From an uncultured Candidatus Micrarchaeota archaeon (GTDB taxonomy: Archaea > Micrarchaeota > Micrarchaeia > Norongarragalinales > CAINOH01), in assembly GCA_903851445.1 (NCBI GenBank), contig CAINOH010000012.1:8353-72352 (forward strand): a stretch of DNA of 64,000 nucleotides. Reading direction: 5' to 3'. The position numbers and the translations under genes are program-made. Positions 1-7,576 of the stretch are shown here, piece by piece (positions within the stretch are counted from its first letter, which is position 1; each line of letters begins with the position of its first letter). A model generated the notes under the pieces. It did not search any database and was not told where the DNA came from. It was given only the letters and a program-made list of their open reading frames with translations.

Positions 1-500
1 TCGTACACGTCAGCCTTGTTGTTCAGGTATTTTCGCCCCCGTTTTTCGAGGTTCTTCTGAAAGGCGACTGCGGGGCGAACGTCGATTATGAAAGTAACGT
101 CAGGCTGTGGCAGGAGCGCCTCGAGCCTGAGCACCCACTCGATGAACGCATCCTTTTGCGCGGCGGTGCCCTTGATTCTTGCGGATTGGTAGGCGCAGTT
201 TGATGCGGTGTAGCGGTCCACCACCACGTTGAATCCCGAGGAGAGGAGCTTGCGTATTTCCGGCGCGCCCTCGTACTTGTCCTTTGCGTAGAGCACGGCC
301 ATCCGCGCAGGCGAGGCCTTATCCTCACCGCGAAGGTGTTTTGCAATCTGCCTTCCGGTTGGTGAAGTGTAGTTTGGAAAGTGTATGAGCCGAGCTGGTC
401 TTCCTGCCTTTCCGAAGAATTCCACCAGCATCTCTGCCTGCGTGGATTTTCCGCAGCCGTCTATTCCCTCGAACACTATGAAAAGCGGTTTTCTTGCCAT
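1..500 (-). CDS. tmk: thymidylate kinase (C-terminal end lies beyond the left window edge)
   Basis: Not in the ORF track because it runs off the window. Reverse translation from the ATG at 500..498 gives MARKPLFIVFEGIDGCGKSTQAEML... with a P-loop and the VVDRYTASNCAYQ motif typical of dTMP kinase. Confidence 0.85.
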   Translation of the reverse strand, partial: MARKPLFIVFEGIDGCGKSTQAEMLVEFFGKAGRPARLIHFPNYTSPTGRQIAKHLRGEDKASPARMAVLYAKDKYEGAPEIRKLLSSGFNVVVDRYTASNCAYQSARIKGTAAQKDAFIEWVLRLEALLPQPDVTFIIDVRPAVAFQKNLEKRGRKYLNNKADVY

Positions 501-548
501 AATGTAATTCACTGGATTGGAAAATAATAACCTCTGGTAGCCCGCCAC

Positions 549-1232
549 TCAGTCGGAGAGCGTAAGGTCAACCGCCCTTTTTGCGACGTTGGAGACCTGG
601 CGCGAGGAGAACACCCGCCGCACCGGAATCCACGAAAAGCTGTCGTGCTCGGAGTCAGTCGGCCGCAGGTTGGCGTGAGCCAGGTGCTGTGCTTGCACGG
701 TCTTCTCCGGGTCGGAAAGGAGGAACCCGGAGAAGCAGTGGACTTTGAAATTTGTTGCGCGGTCAAAGAAGGACGAGCAGTAGGAGGAGGCGTAATCGGA
801 TGGCGAAAGCCCGGCTTCCTCGGAAGCCTCGCGTGCAAGCGCGTTGCGGTAGACGTCCAGGCCAGAGTCCGCGTTTGCCATGTCGGCCTTTTCGACGATT
901 CCACCAACCAGCGCAAACTGCCCTGAAAGGAACTTCGAGCCGGGCTTTTTCTTTGCAAGGAGCACGAAGTCTTCGCTGCATGGCACAACAGAGGACGCTA
1001 TCGGGCTGGAGGCGGACTTCTTGTATAGCGTCAGCACAACTGCCTCGGGCGCTCCTGTGGAATGGAACCTTTGCGAGAAGGGGATTATCCCATCGGAAAC
1101 ATTAGCCCGGATTGCGGGTCGAAAGAACGCGGAGCGGATGCGGAAGAGTGTGCGGTCCAAAAAAATCTCCAAAAAACTATAGTAGGTAGGATAGGGCGGC
1201 GCCTGCAAGAGTGATGGTGAAGTTGTCGTCAA
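549..1232 (-). CDS. Nudix hydrolase
   Basis: 227-aa ORF with Nudix-box core REASEEAGL preceded by GGIVEK. The longest ORF overlaps the upstream gene by 56 nt. An in-frame TTG at 1172, just after the upstream stop at 1177, is an alternative start. Confidence 0.7.
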   Translation of the reverse strand: MTTTSPSLLQAPPYPTYYSFLEIFLDRTLFRIRSAFFRPAIRANVSDGIIPFSQRFHSTGAPEAVVLTLYKKSASSPIASSVVPCSEDFVLLAKKKPGSKFLSGQFALVGGIVEKADMANADSGLDVYRNALAREASEEAGLSPSDYASSYCSSFFDRATNFKVHCFSGFLLSDPEKTVQAQHLAHANLRPTDSEHDSFSWIPVRRVFSSRQVSNVAKRAVDLTLSD

Positions 1233-1728
1233 AGGGGATTGGAAGGGACTCGACTATTGCAAGGATGAAGCACAGGAGGAGCGCGACCGGGCCGAGGAAG
1301 AACACGGACACTATTGACGCGGTGAAGAAGAACGCGAGCGAGCCTTCCCAGGTCTTCCTCTTGTTGTAGAATATGCGGTGGCTGCCCTTCATCCCAATAA
1401 GCGTGGACGCGCCGTCGCCGAATGCGAACACCAGAAGCACGACTACTGCAAAAGAGGCGGTCTTGGAAAACGAGAGCGCAAGTATTGCGCCGATGAGGAA
1501 CATCAAAGCGCCGATTCCTGGGATGGTGACCTTGCGTTCCATCTTGGAAAGGAAAAAGTCGATGATTTTTTGCTCAAACCCCGAAAGCTTCCATTGGATT
1601 AGAACCAATCCTGCGATTAGCATCACGAAAAGCGCTGCCAGGCCGTCATCTCGACCAAGAACGTATATCCCTGCGGCTATGATTGCGCCAAAAGTGATGT
1701 GGAACAGCTTGCGGTAAAGTTCCCTCAT
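1177..1728 (-). CDS. polytopic membrane protein, CTP-dependent polyprenol/dolichol kinase-like (cytidylyltransferase family)
   Basis: 183 aa and mostly hydrophobic helices. FGDGASTLIGMKG...KRKTWEGSLAFF resembles the CDS/dolichol-kinase family signature. ATGA start/stop overlap with the upstream PAP2 gene. Confidence 0.5.
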   Translation of the reverse strand: MRELYRKLFHITFGAIIAAGIYVLGRDDGLAALFVMLIAGLVLIQWKLSGFEQKIIDFFLSKMERKVTIPGIGALMFLIGAILALSFSKTASFAVVVLLVFAFGDGASTLIGMKGSHRIFYNKRKTWEGSLAFFFTASIVSVFFLGPVALLLCFILAIVESLPIPFDDNFTITLAGAALSYLL

Positions 1729-2309
1729 CTGCGTCTCACCGAATATGCTTTTCTGCCTTTCCCTTGACCCTGCTTTGCCTGTGGACGGCCCCTTCGCAGC
1801 GCAAGCGCCCGCTTTCGCACGAAGCGCTTTATTCGCCAGTGCGTGCGCCGCTTGCTAGCGCCGAAGAATATGAGGAGCTCCTCGGATATGAAGAACAGCG
1901 CAACCCCAAGACCCGCGCCTGACGCTACTTGCGCCATCGAGTGCGCGCCCCAGTACTCACGCGAGAAGCCCACAATCAAGGCGGCTGGGAAGAAGAACCA
2001 GAATGCGGGCGAGCCGAGCGAGCCTGCTGCGAAGATGAACGCGAAAGTCGCGTGGCCTGACGGCATCCCCGAGTCTCCGGGGCACGAAAGCAGGCCAACG
2101 CACGGCCGGTCCTCGTTTATCGCGTTCTTGAGCAGGGGGACGGAAACCGTCGCAAGCAAAAGCGCAAGGAATATGGCCTTGCGGTTGTGGCAGAAGAGGA
2201 TGGCGGCAAACCCCAGGCAGACAAGCACCACATAAAGGTCCGCGCTCGAGGCGCCTGCGGCAATTGACATCAAAAAGCACCGGATGTAAGGCTTAAACGC
2301 CGCTAGCAA
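1725..2309 (-). CDS. PAP2-family (polyprenyl-diphosphate) phosphatase
   Basis: PAP2 motifs are visible: KNAINEDRP, PSGH and SREYWGAHSMAQV. Multi-pass membrane protein with a basic C-terminal tail. Confidence 0.75.
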   Translation of the reverse strand: MLAAFKPYIRCFLMSIAAGASSADLYVVLVCLGFAAILFCHNRKAIFLALLLATVSVPLLKNAINEDRPCVGLLSCPGDSGMPSGHATFAFIFAAGSLGSPAFWFFFPAALIVGFSREYWGAHSMAQVASGAGLGVALFFISEELLIFFGASKRRTHWRIKRFVRKRALALRRGRPQAKQGQGKGRKAYSVRRR

Positions 2310-2400
2310 TTACTAATCGAGCGGTTTTAATCCCTTGGCAGGCAAAATAAATACCTGCAAAGGCCGGATGGATAATTCGCCTGCTGATGCAGATTTTGTT

Positions 2401-2590
2401 GCCGGGGTAGCTCAGCCTGGTTAGAGCGCCAGACTCATAATGCCCTGCGCCGCACGCAAGCCCATGATACGAGGCGCGGCTACGGGAAATGAAGAGACTT
2501 ATGGGTGCTTACAGGCATCGATGGCGCATGATGAGACTCTATGAGTTTTGAGCCATCTGGAGGTCGGGAGTTCAAATCGCCCCCTCGGCA
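2401..2590 (+). tRNA. tRNA with CAU anticodon (elongator Met or Ile2), interrupted by an intron of about 115 nt at position 37/38
   Basis: Exon 1 is GCCGGGG-TA-GCTC-AGCCTGGTTA-GAGC-G-CCAGA-CTCATA. Exon 2 is A-TCTGG-AGGTC-GGGAG-TTCAAAT-CGCCC-CCTCGGC-A. The acceptor pairs with one G-U and the T stem has one A-G mismatch. The anticodon stem is not the GGG/CCC initiator type. Confidence 0.85.
2440..2554 (+). other. tRNA intron with bulge-helix-bulge boundaries and box C/D-like elements
   Basis: CUCA (nt 32-35) pairs with UGAG at 2549..2552, flanked by the 3-nt bulges UAA and CCA, as expected for a BHB with cuts at 37/38. The intron also contains AUGAUGA (2528..2534), UAUGAGU (2540..2546) and UUGA (2548..2551). 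Confidence 0.6.
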
Positions 2591-2638
2591 CTACTTTTTT
2601 ATTTCAACAAGAAGGTCACTGAGTGCAGTTTCTTCTTT

Positions 2639-2896
2639 TCAGCGCTTACAACAAGTTTGTGGGTCTTTAGCGGGTCGTAGGGCAAGTCCGGATGGGATGC
2701 AACGTGCGCCGGTAACCCAGTCCTCCGCATGGGCAATGTTGCGGATGGCGCGCACGCTTGCGTCCGGGAGCCGGCCTTCGGGCGACAGGGAATTGACTCT
2801 TACCTCGCTTAGTATCGCACGGGCGACCAGCGGGTGAATGTGGTCGCCGGGAAGAACATACTCCGGCCGTTCTTCGAATGGGATTTTCTTGGGCAT
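2639..2896 (-). CDS. hypothetical small protein
   Basis: 85-aa ORF next to the tRNA 3' end. I recognise no motif. It is co-oriented with the small gene at 2976..3233. Confidence 0.35.
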   Translation of the reverse strand: MPKKIPFEERPEYVLPGDHIHPLVARAILSEVRVNSLSPEGRLPDASVRAIRNIAHAEDWVTGARCIPSGLALRPAKDPQTCCKR

Positions 2897-2975
2897 TCAT
2901 TCACCGTTGTTAAAATCAATTCTTAATGCTATATAAATGAGCTAGGGCTCAAATCACCCTCGAAGGGCAAGCGCG

Positions 2976-3233
2976 TCAGGCCTCGCAGATTTTACGCAGC
3001 TCGGCAAGGCTTGTTGCTTTGAACCCGTGCCTGACTATATGATAGTCGCAGGACTTTATGACCTGCCGCACGACATCATCCTTTACCTCGGCATCCACGA
3101 ACTCGCTGCCGTAAAGCTCAGCGAACTTATCCAAGGCCTCGGCCTTGTCGCGCAGGCCGTACTTTTCCTTGAGCACGCCGAGCACGCGGTTGGTGTAGTC
3201 CTTGATGCACAGGTTGACGGTGACGTTTTTCAT
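2976..3233 (-). CDS. hypothetical small protein, possibly antitoxin-like
   Basis: 85-aa ORF MKNVTVNLCIKDYTNRVLGVLKEKYGL... The N-terminal beta-strand followed by a helix resembles ribbon-helix-helix antitoxins. The call rests on this resemblance only. Confidence 0.4.
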   Translation of the reverse strand: MKNVTVNLCIKDYTNRVLGVLKEKYGLRDKAEALDKFAELYGSEFVDAEVKDDVVRQVIKSCDYHIVRHGFKATSLAELRKICEA

Positions 3234-3343
3234 AATATAGCCTAATATGGACTTAGTCGGACTAATTCAAATCTATTTCGCTGCGACTAGGCAGCCGGCG
3301 CTCGTGCTTGCAGATTATCGAGTCGGCGGAGCTGGACCTTCGC

Positions 3344-3538
3344 TCAGTCCAGCCCTAGCCTCTGCAGGGCGCGCCATATCGCCATTCGCGAGCAGGAGAA
3401 CTCGGACTCGAGCTGCCTGCACGAGTAGCCGGCCTGCCGGAATTGCACCAGGCGGCCGATGTCCTCGCCCTCAAGCTTCGGGTACCTGCCCCTGTGCTTT
3501 GAGTCTGCTGACACGCTACAAACTGATGACATTGCCAA
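3344..3538 (-). CDS. small helix-turn-helix protein (resolvase/transposase-type HTH)
   Basis: 64 aa. GRLVQFRQAGYSCRQLESEFSCSRMAIWRALQ looks like a stand-alone HTH. No catalytic domain follows. Confidence 0.4.
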   Translation of the reverse strand: MAMSSVCSVSADSKHRGRYPKLEGEDIGRLVQFRQAGYSCRQLESEFSCSRMAIWRALQRLGLD

Positions 3539-3802
3539 CTTTCACCACCGAACAAATCACTCCCCTAATCTACGAACAAGGCGGCCTTCAACCGATTTGG
3601 GTTCTATTTTCTTATTGAAGGCCGCAGGCGGGGATGGTGGTTGCCATTGCGCGGGCTACGGAAACCGAAAACGGAAGGTTACCGAAATGAGCCAACGCCA
3701 TTTGTATCGAATAATTAGAATTCATCCCGCAATATAAAAAGCCGCGTCACGGAATGCACGCGAATTATAAAGGATTTAAAAGGAAAAGCCGGCTGCGGAC
3801 GG

Positions 3803-3829
3803 AACAGCCCCCTCTCCGGGCTGTTTTTT
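3803..3829 (+). terminator. terminator-like hairpin plus T-tract in front of the TPR gene
   Basis: AACAGCCC (3803..3810), loop CCTCTCC, GGGCTGTT (3818..3825), then TTTT. It lies 45 nt upstream of the ATG at 3874 and downstream of the TATA-like TTATAAAG (3766..3773). Confidence 0.35.
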
Positions 3830-3873
3830 CACTATGGTTATATTCCGGCACAAAGTGTATTGTTCGGAACGAA

Positions 3874-4632
3874 ATGACGAAAGAAGAGCAACAGCAGGAG
3901 GCAAAAATAGCGCCAGTTGCAAAGCCGACTGCAGCAGGACTGCTGGCAAAGGCAGCCGGCCTTGAAAAGGAAGGCCGCAAGGAGGAGGCGCTTGCTACCT
4001 ACAATGCTGTGCTTGAAGCCGAACCGCGCAACAACGTCGCACTCGAAGCCTGCGGCGCAATACTGCTCGGACAAAAGCAGTACCAGGATGCAGTGCACTA
4101 CTTTTACCGCGCGCTCGATGTGGACCCGGAAAGCGTCTTTTCCCTAAACGGCCTCGGGCTGTGCTTTTTGAAGATGGAGAGGCTCAGTGACGCTATGGGG
4201 TGCTTTTCACGGATACTCGAAATGGAGCCGGACAACGCCAACGCGCTCATCAACAAGGGCATAGTGTTCAAGGAGCAGGACCGCACCGGGGACGCGGTGC
4301 TCTTCTTTGACAAGGTGCTGAAAAGGAACCCGTTCGACGGGTTCGCCCTGATGAGCAAGGGCAACGCCCTTGCCGAGGCAAGGCACTTTGATGACGCGGT
4401 AAAATGCTTTGACCAGGCACTTTCGGTGAACCCCGAAAACGCGCTTGCCATCTACAACAAAGCACAGGTTTTCAAGAGCCTTGGGAGGCAGAAGGAAGCT
4501 GCGGAGCTTGAGGCGAGTGCAATCAGGATGGACCCGAAAATCAAGGACGAGATTGGAAGGAAAAGGGAAGACTTGGGCGCCGCACTCACATCGGACATCA
4601 GAGGATTGGCCAAGGCGCTCTGGCCAAAATAA
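3874..4632 (+). CDS. TPR-repeat protein
   Basis: Repeated 34-aa TPR-like units (A..Y..AL..P.N). The ATG at 3874 (MTKEEQQQ) is preferred over the track start at 3754, which would read through the hairpin and promoter region. Confidence 0.85.
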   Translation: MTKEEQQQEAKIAPVAKPTAAGLLAKAAGLEKEGRKEEALATYNAVLEAEPRNNVALEACGAILLGQKQYQDAVHYFYRALDVDPESVFSLNGLGLCFLKMERLSDAMGCFSRILEMEPDNANALINKGIVFKEQDRTGDAVLFFDKVLKRNPFDGFALMSKGNALAEARHFDDAVKCFDQALSVNPENALAIYNKAQVFKSLGRQKEAAELEASAIRMDPKIKDEIGRKREDLGAALTSDIRGLAKALWPK

Positions 4633-4635
4633 GCC

Positions 4636-5307
4636 CTAGCCGGTGACCTGCGACACGCACAGGTCCATCTGGCCCGCGCCACCCACGTTGCTGCCTGATG
4701 TCGCCGATTTTGTTATCTTTATCTTGAACGCCAGGTTCCCATCAGAAATGCGCTCGAATGTTGCGAACATTGCGTTGTCGTACGCGCCCGAACTTGCATA
4801 GGACGCCTGGCTGCAGTCCTGCACCTTGGAAGGACACAAACTATTCGAGACTTTGCCGTTGCAGGACGCAGAAGAGTCTATGTTTAGCCAGAGGGATTCG
4901 GAAAGCTCGACGCACACGCTCGCGTCATCGAGCGACGTGAGTATTCCCGTCCCTGAATCATAAGTCAGCGGCTCGATAATCCAGCACCCGCCGCCGTAGT
5001 TTCCAGAACAACGAGAGCAATACAGGGGTTTGGTGTAGTGGATTACGCGCACAGCCTCAACCGAGCGGCCGGTGCAGCGCTCCATGGTGTAGTCGACGAG
5101 CTTGGAGGTGCCCCACGAGCCCATCGCAACCTCCTGCATGGCCTCCTGGAGCCGCTCGTTCTGGGTCTTGAGCCGGTACTCGCACTGCGTGTCGTTTATG
5201 TTGTTGTATATGAAAAAGACAAGGCTCATGCTCAAAGCCATTATGATTACTGCTATGAAAAGCTCTATTGGCGCGGACATCTGCGCCCGCTTGCGGCCGT
5301 ATTGCAT
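4636..5307 (-). CDS. archaeal type IV pilin-like protein (class III signal peptide), Cys-rich
   Basis: The N-terminus MQYGRKRAQMSAPIELFIAVIIMALSMSLVFF has a basic stretch followed by a hydrophobic helix, as in prepilins. The rest is a secreted-type domain with many Cys. Confidence 0.6.
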   Translation of the reverse strand: MQYGRKRAQMSAPIELFIAVIIMALSMSLVFFIYNNINDTQCEYRLKTQNERLQEAMQEVAMGSWGTSKLVDYTMERCTGRSVEAVRVIHYTKPLYCSRCSGNYGGGCWIIEPLTYDSGTGILTSLDDASVCVELSESLWLNIDSSASCNGKVSNSLCPSKVQDCSQASYASSGAYDNAMFATFERISDGNLAFKIKITKSATSGSNVGGAGQMDLCVSQVTG

Positions 5308-5324
5308 ATTCCCAGCACGCTCCC

Positions 5325-5492
5325 CTAGAAGAGCCCCAAGGCGGCCCGGACGTAATCCGTCCCGTATCCGAGGTTTGTCTGCGAGGTTTCGGCAGCCTGT
5401 GCGAACAGCGGCTTGACAAGGGTGATGACGAGGACGGCGGCGATGATGACCACTATGATCATGTAGATGCCGCTCCAGTCACCGCGTCTCAT
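5325..5492 (-). CDS. small pilin-like protein (class III signal peptide-like)
   Basis: From the ATG at 5492: MRRGDWSGIYMIIVVIIAAVLVITLV... (55 aa). The track start at 5555 would overlap the upstream gene by 44 nt. Confidence 0.5.
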   Translation of the reverse strand: MRRGDWSGIYMIIVVIIAAVLVITLVKPLFAQAAETSQTNLGYGTDYVRAALGLF

Positions 5493-5511
5493 CTTGGTAA
5501 GCACCTTGGAA

Positions 5512-5994
5512 TTAGCCGCTAAGTCCGCATTCGGTTTCCGCTTTTGAGGCTGCACTGTCTGATGCTGTGGAACCGCCTATCACGATGCGATACAGATTGT
5601 CGTGATTGCCATTGTAGCATACCGCTACAGTTACAGAAATCTTGCGGTTACAGACAATTTTGGTATCAGTCACAGTTAGGGGGGTGTCTGTACCGTCTGA
5701 ACAGATGCTATCACTTGCACAGACGAAAAGGATGTTCTTCTCATCAACAGAAGAGGTGCCTATTGCATCTTGCTGGTAGATTCGGTCATCTTTATTGAAC
5801 TCCACGCTATCCTTGTTCTCAAGTCCGAACCCCTTCTGCTGAATCTTCTTTACAAGATCCGGTATGACGTCCTTTGCCTTAGCGCCAAACCCACCAATGT
5901 TTCCTAGGAATCCCAAAAGCATTCCCAATATTGCAACTGCGACTATGACGCTGATGACGAGCATCATCGTGTCGAAAGCCTGACCGCGCTTCAT
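5512..5994 (-). CDS. archaeal type IV pilin-like protein (class III signal peptide)
   Basis: MKRGQAFDTMMLVISVIVAVAILGMLLG is a textbook KRGQ-type prepilin N-terminus. Confidence 0.65.
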   Translation of the reverse strand: MKRGQAFDTMMLVISVIVAVAILGMLLGFLGNIGGFGAKAKDVIPDLVKKIQQKGFGLENKDSVEFNKDDRIYQQDAIGTSSVDEKNILFVCASDSICSDGTDTPLTVTDTKIVCNRKISVTVAVCYNGNHDNLYRIVIGGSTASDSAASKAETECGLSG

Positions 5995-6081
5995 TTTTCA
6001 TCCCTCGCAAAAATTACGTATAATGGAACCAATCAGATTACCCAGAAGCGGTTTAAAAACGTCACTTCCTACCACATTCCT

Positions 6082-7095
6082 ATGGTCTTGGAGTTCCGCA
6101 GGGACCCGCTCAAGGGCACCATCGTGGTAGTCGCAAACGAGCGCGCGCTGCGGCCGCTCGACCCTTCGGTGACCTGCCCGTTCTGCAAGGGAGCGGAAAA
6201 AGTGACCCCTCCGACAAAGCTCGCCCTGCCGTCCGAGAAGAACTGGACTGTAAGGTGCTTTGACAACGCCTTTGCCATAGTCAAGCCAAGGGGGAAGTTC
6301 AGGCCCGAAAAGAAGGACGACTTCTTTTACACCTCTCCCGCGTACGGCGAGCATGAGGTCATAGTCGAGACGCCTGACCATCACCAGTTCTTTTCCGACA
6401 TCAAGGACCCTAAGCACCTATCGATGATTTTTCGCGCGTACAGGGAAAGGTACGTGGCGCTTTCGAAACTAAAGGGCACGAAGTACGTGCACCTGTTCAA
6501 GAACCACGGCAGGCTCAGCGGCGCGAGCATCGAGCACGAGCACTCGCAGGTGATATCGCTGCCTTTCATCCCCGCGCTCATCCAGTCCGAGATAAGCAAT
6601 GAGCGCGAGTACAAGAAAAGGACTGGAAAGTGCCTCATCTGCGAGCTTTTGGAGCGGGAAAAGGCGAACATAATACTGCAGGACGAGCGCTTTGCGGTCC
6701 TCTGCCCCTCGTTTGCGCGGTTCCCGTTCGAGACGTGGATAATAAGCCTGGAGCACAAGAAGAGCATCGCCCAGTTCTCGGACTTCGAGGCAGACCAGTT
6801 CATGCAGGCTCTGCGGACAATAGTGGAGGCGGTGTTCCGCGTGTCGCGCGACTACAATGTGGTCTACCACAACGGCGTCGAAGGCGAGGACTCGCACTTC
6901 CACGTGGAAATCTACCCGCGGCCCAACGTCTGGGCCGGCCTGGAGCTTGGCACGGGGATAATCGTAAACACCAAGACCGAAAAGGAGGCAATCGCAGCCC
7001 TTGCCTGCTCGCCATCGGGAACGTGCTGGGTAAGGCCTTCGGCGGAGAACAAGGCGAAAACAAAGACTGTTGGGACAAAAAAGAAAAGGAAGTAA
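6082..7095 (+). CDS. galactose-1-phosphate uridylyltransferase family (HIT superfamily) nucleotidyltransferase
   Basis: A CxxC near the N-terminus (VTCPFCKG) and the HxHxQ active-site motif (EHEHSQV). Lys-rich C-terminal tail. Confidence 0.8.
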   Translation: MVLEFRRDPLKGTIVVVANERALRPLDPSVTCPFCKGAEKVTPPTKLALPSEKNWTVRCFDNAFAIVKPRGKFRPEKKDDFFYTSPAYGEHEVIVETPDHHQFFSDIKDPKHLSMIFRAYRERYVALSKLKGTKYVHLFKNHGRLSGASIEHEHSQVISLPFIPALIQSEISNEREYKKRTGKCLICELLEREKANIILQDERFAVLCPSFARFPFETWIISLEHKKSIAQFSDFEADQFMQALRTIVEAVFRVSRDYNVVYHNGVEGEDSHFHVEIYPRPNVWAGLELGTGIIVNTKTEKEAIAALACSPSGTCWVRPSAENKAKTKTVGTKKKRK

Positions 7096-7132
7096 TCGGC
7101 AACAGAAAAAAAAACGGCGCCTCATCCAAACC

Positions 7133-7291
7133 CTAGCTTATCCCCATCATCGTGAGCGTGCCCCGGCCGACCAGGAATAGCCCGATGAGCGAAGCGGAGC
7201 CGCCGATTGCGGCTGCATTGAGCAAAAAGACGAGGCCGAACACTATGTCGCCACCGCCGTAGAACCACTTCCCGCCTTCAGAGTGCGCCAT
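7133..7291 (-). CDS. 52-aa membrane micro-protein (paralog 2)
   Basis: Below the ORF-track size cutoff. Reverse translation gives MAHSEGGKWFYGGGDIVFGLVFLLNAAAIGGSASLIGLFLVGRGTLTMMGIS. It shares the YGG.DI.FG..LL.AA motif with its upstream neighbour. Confidence 0.5.
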   Translation of the reverse strand: MAHSEGGKWFYGGGDIVFGLVFLLNAAAIGGSASLIGLFLVGRGTLTMMGIS

Positions 7292-7455
7292 CAGCCCATC
7301 ACTGCGATGCGCGCAAGCGTCATCACTCCGCGCACTATCTCTATTGTCGCCAGTATGTCGGCGTAGCCGCCGGGTATGGAGCCTGCTGCTGCAAGCAGGA
7401 TGAACCCGAAGGCAATGTCGGTGCCGCCGTAATAGATGCGACTTATGAAGCTCAT
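7291..7455 (-). CDS. 54-aa membrane micro-protein (paralog 1)
   Basis: MSFISRIYYGGTDIAFGFILLAAAGSIPGGYADILATIEIVRGVMTLARIAVMG. Its TGA overlaps the next gene's ATG (TGATG), suggesting translational coupling. Confidence 0.5.
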   Translation of the reverse strand: MSFISRIYYGGTDIAFGFILLAAAGSIPGGYADILATIEIVRGVMTLARIAVMG

Positions 7456-7469
7456 TGAAAATTACCTTT

Positions 7470-7502
7470 GCAAGGAAAAAGAAAAATCCGCCCGAAGCGG
7501 GC
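7470..7502 (-). terminator. hairpin plus T-tract downstream of alaS
   Basis: Minus strand reads GCCCG-CTT-CGGGC-GG-ATTTTTCTTTTTCC, about 75 nt after the alaS stop. Confidence 0.45.
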
Positions 7503-7576
7503 TCTCAGGTTGAAAAAGAAAAAATGATATCGGGTTTGGAAATAATAAAGGCGACCGGCGACGACGGGTGACGAAC

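Noticed and set aside
3754-3873. Upstream extension of the TPR ORF (track start 3754), and similar 5' extensions of alaS (10411), ndk (16808), minD (56590), aCPSF1 (41023) and Fap7 (39149)
   Set aside because: The extensions read through promoter or hairpin sequences or into upstream genes, and they add non-conserved residues. Internal starts restore canonical N-termini.
5998-7125. Minus-strand ORFs 5998..6417, 6381..6803 and 6469..7125
   Set aside because: They are antisense to the GalT-family gene, which carries the HxHxQ active site.
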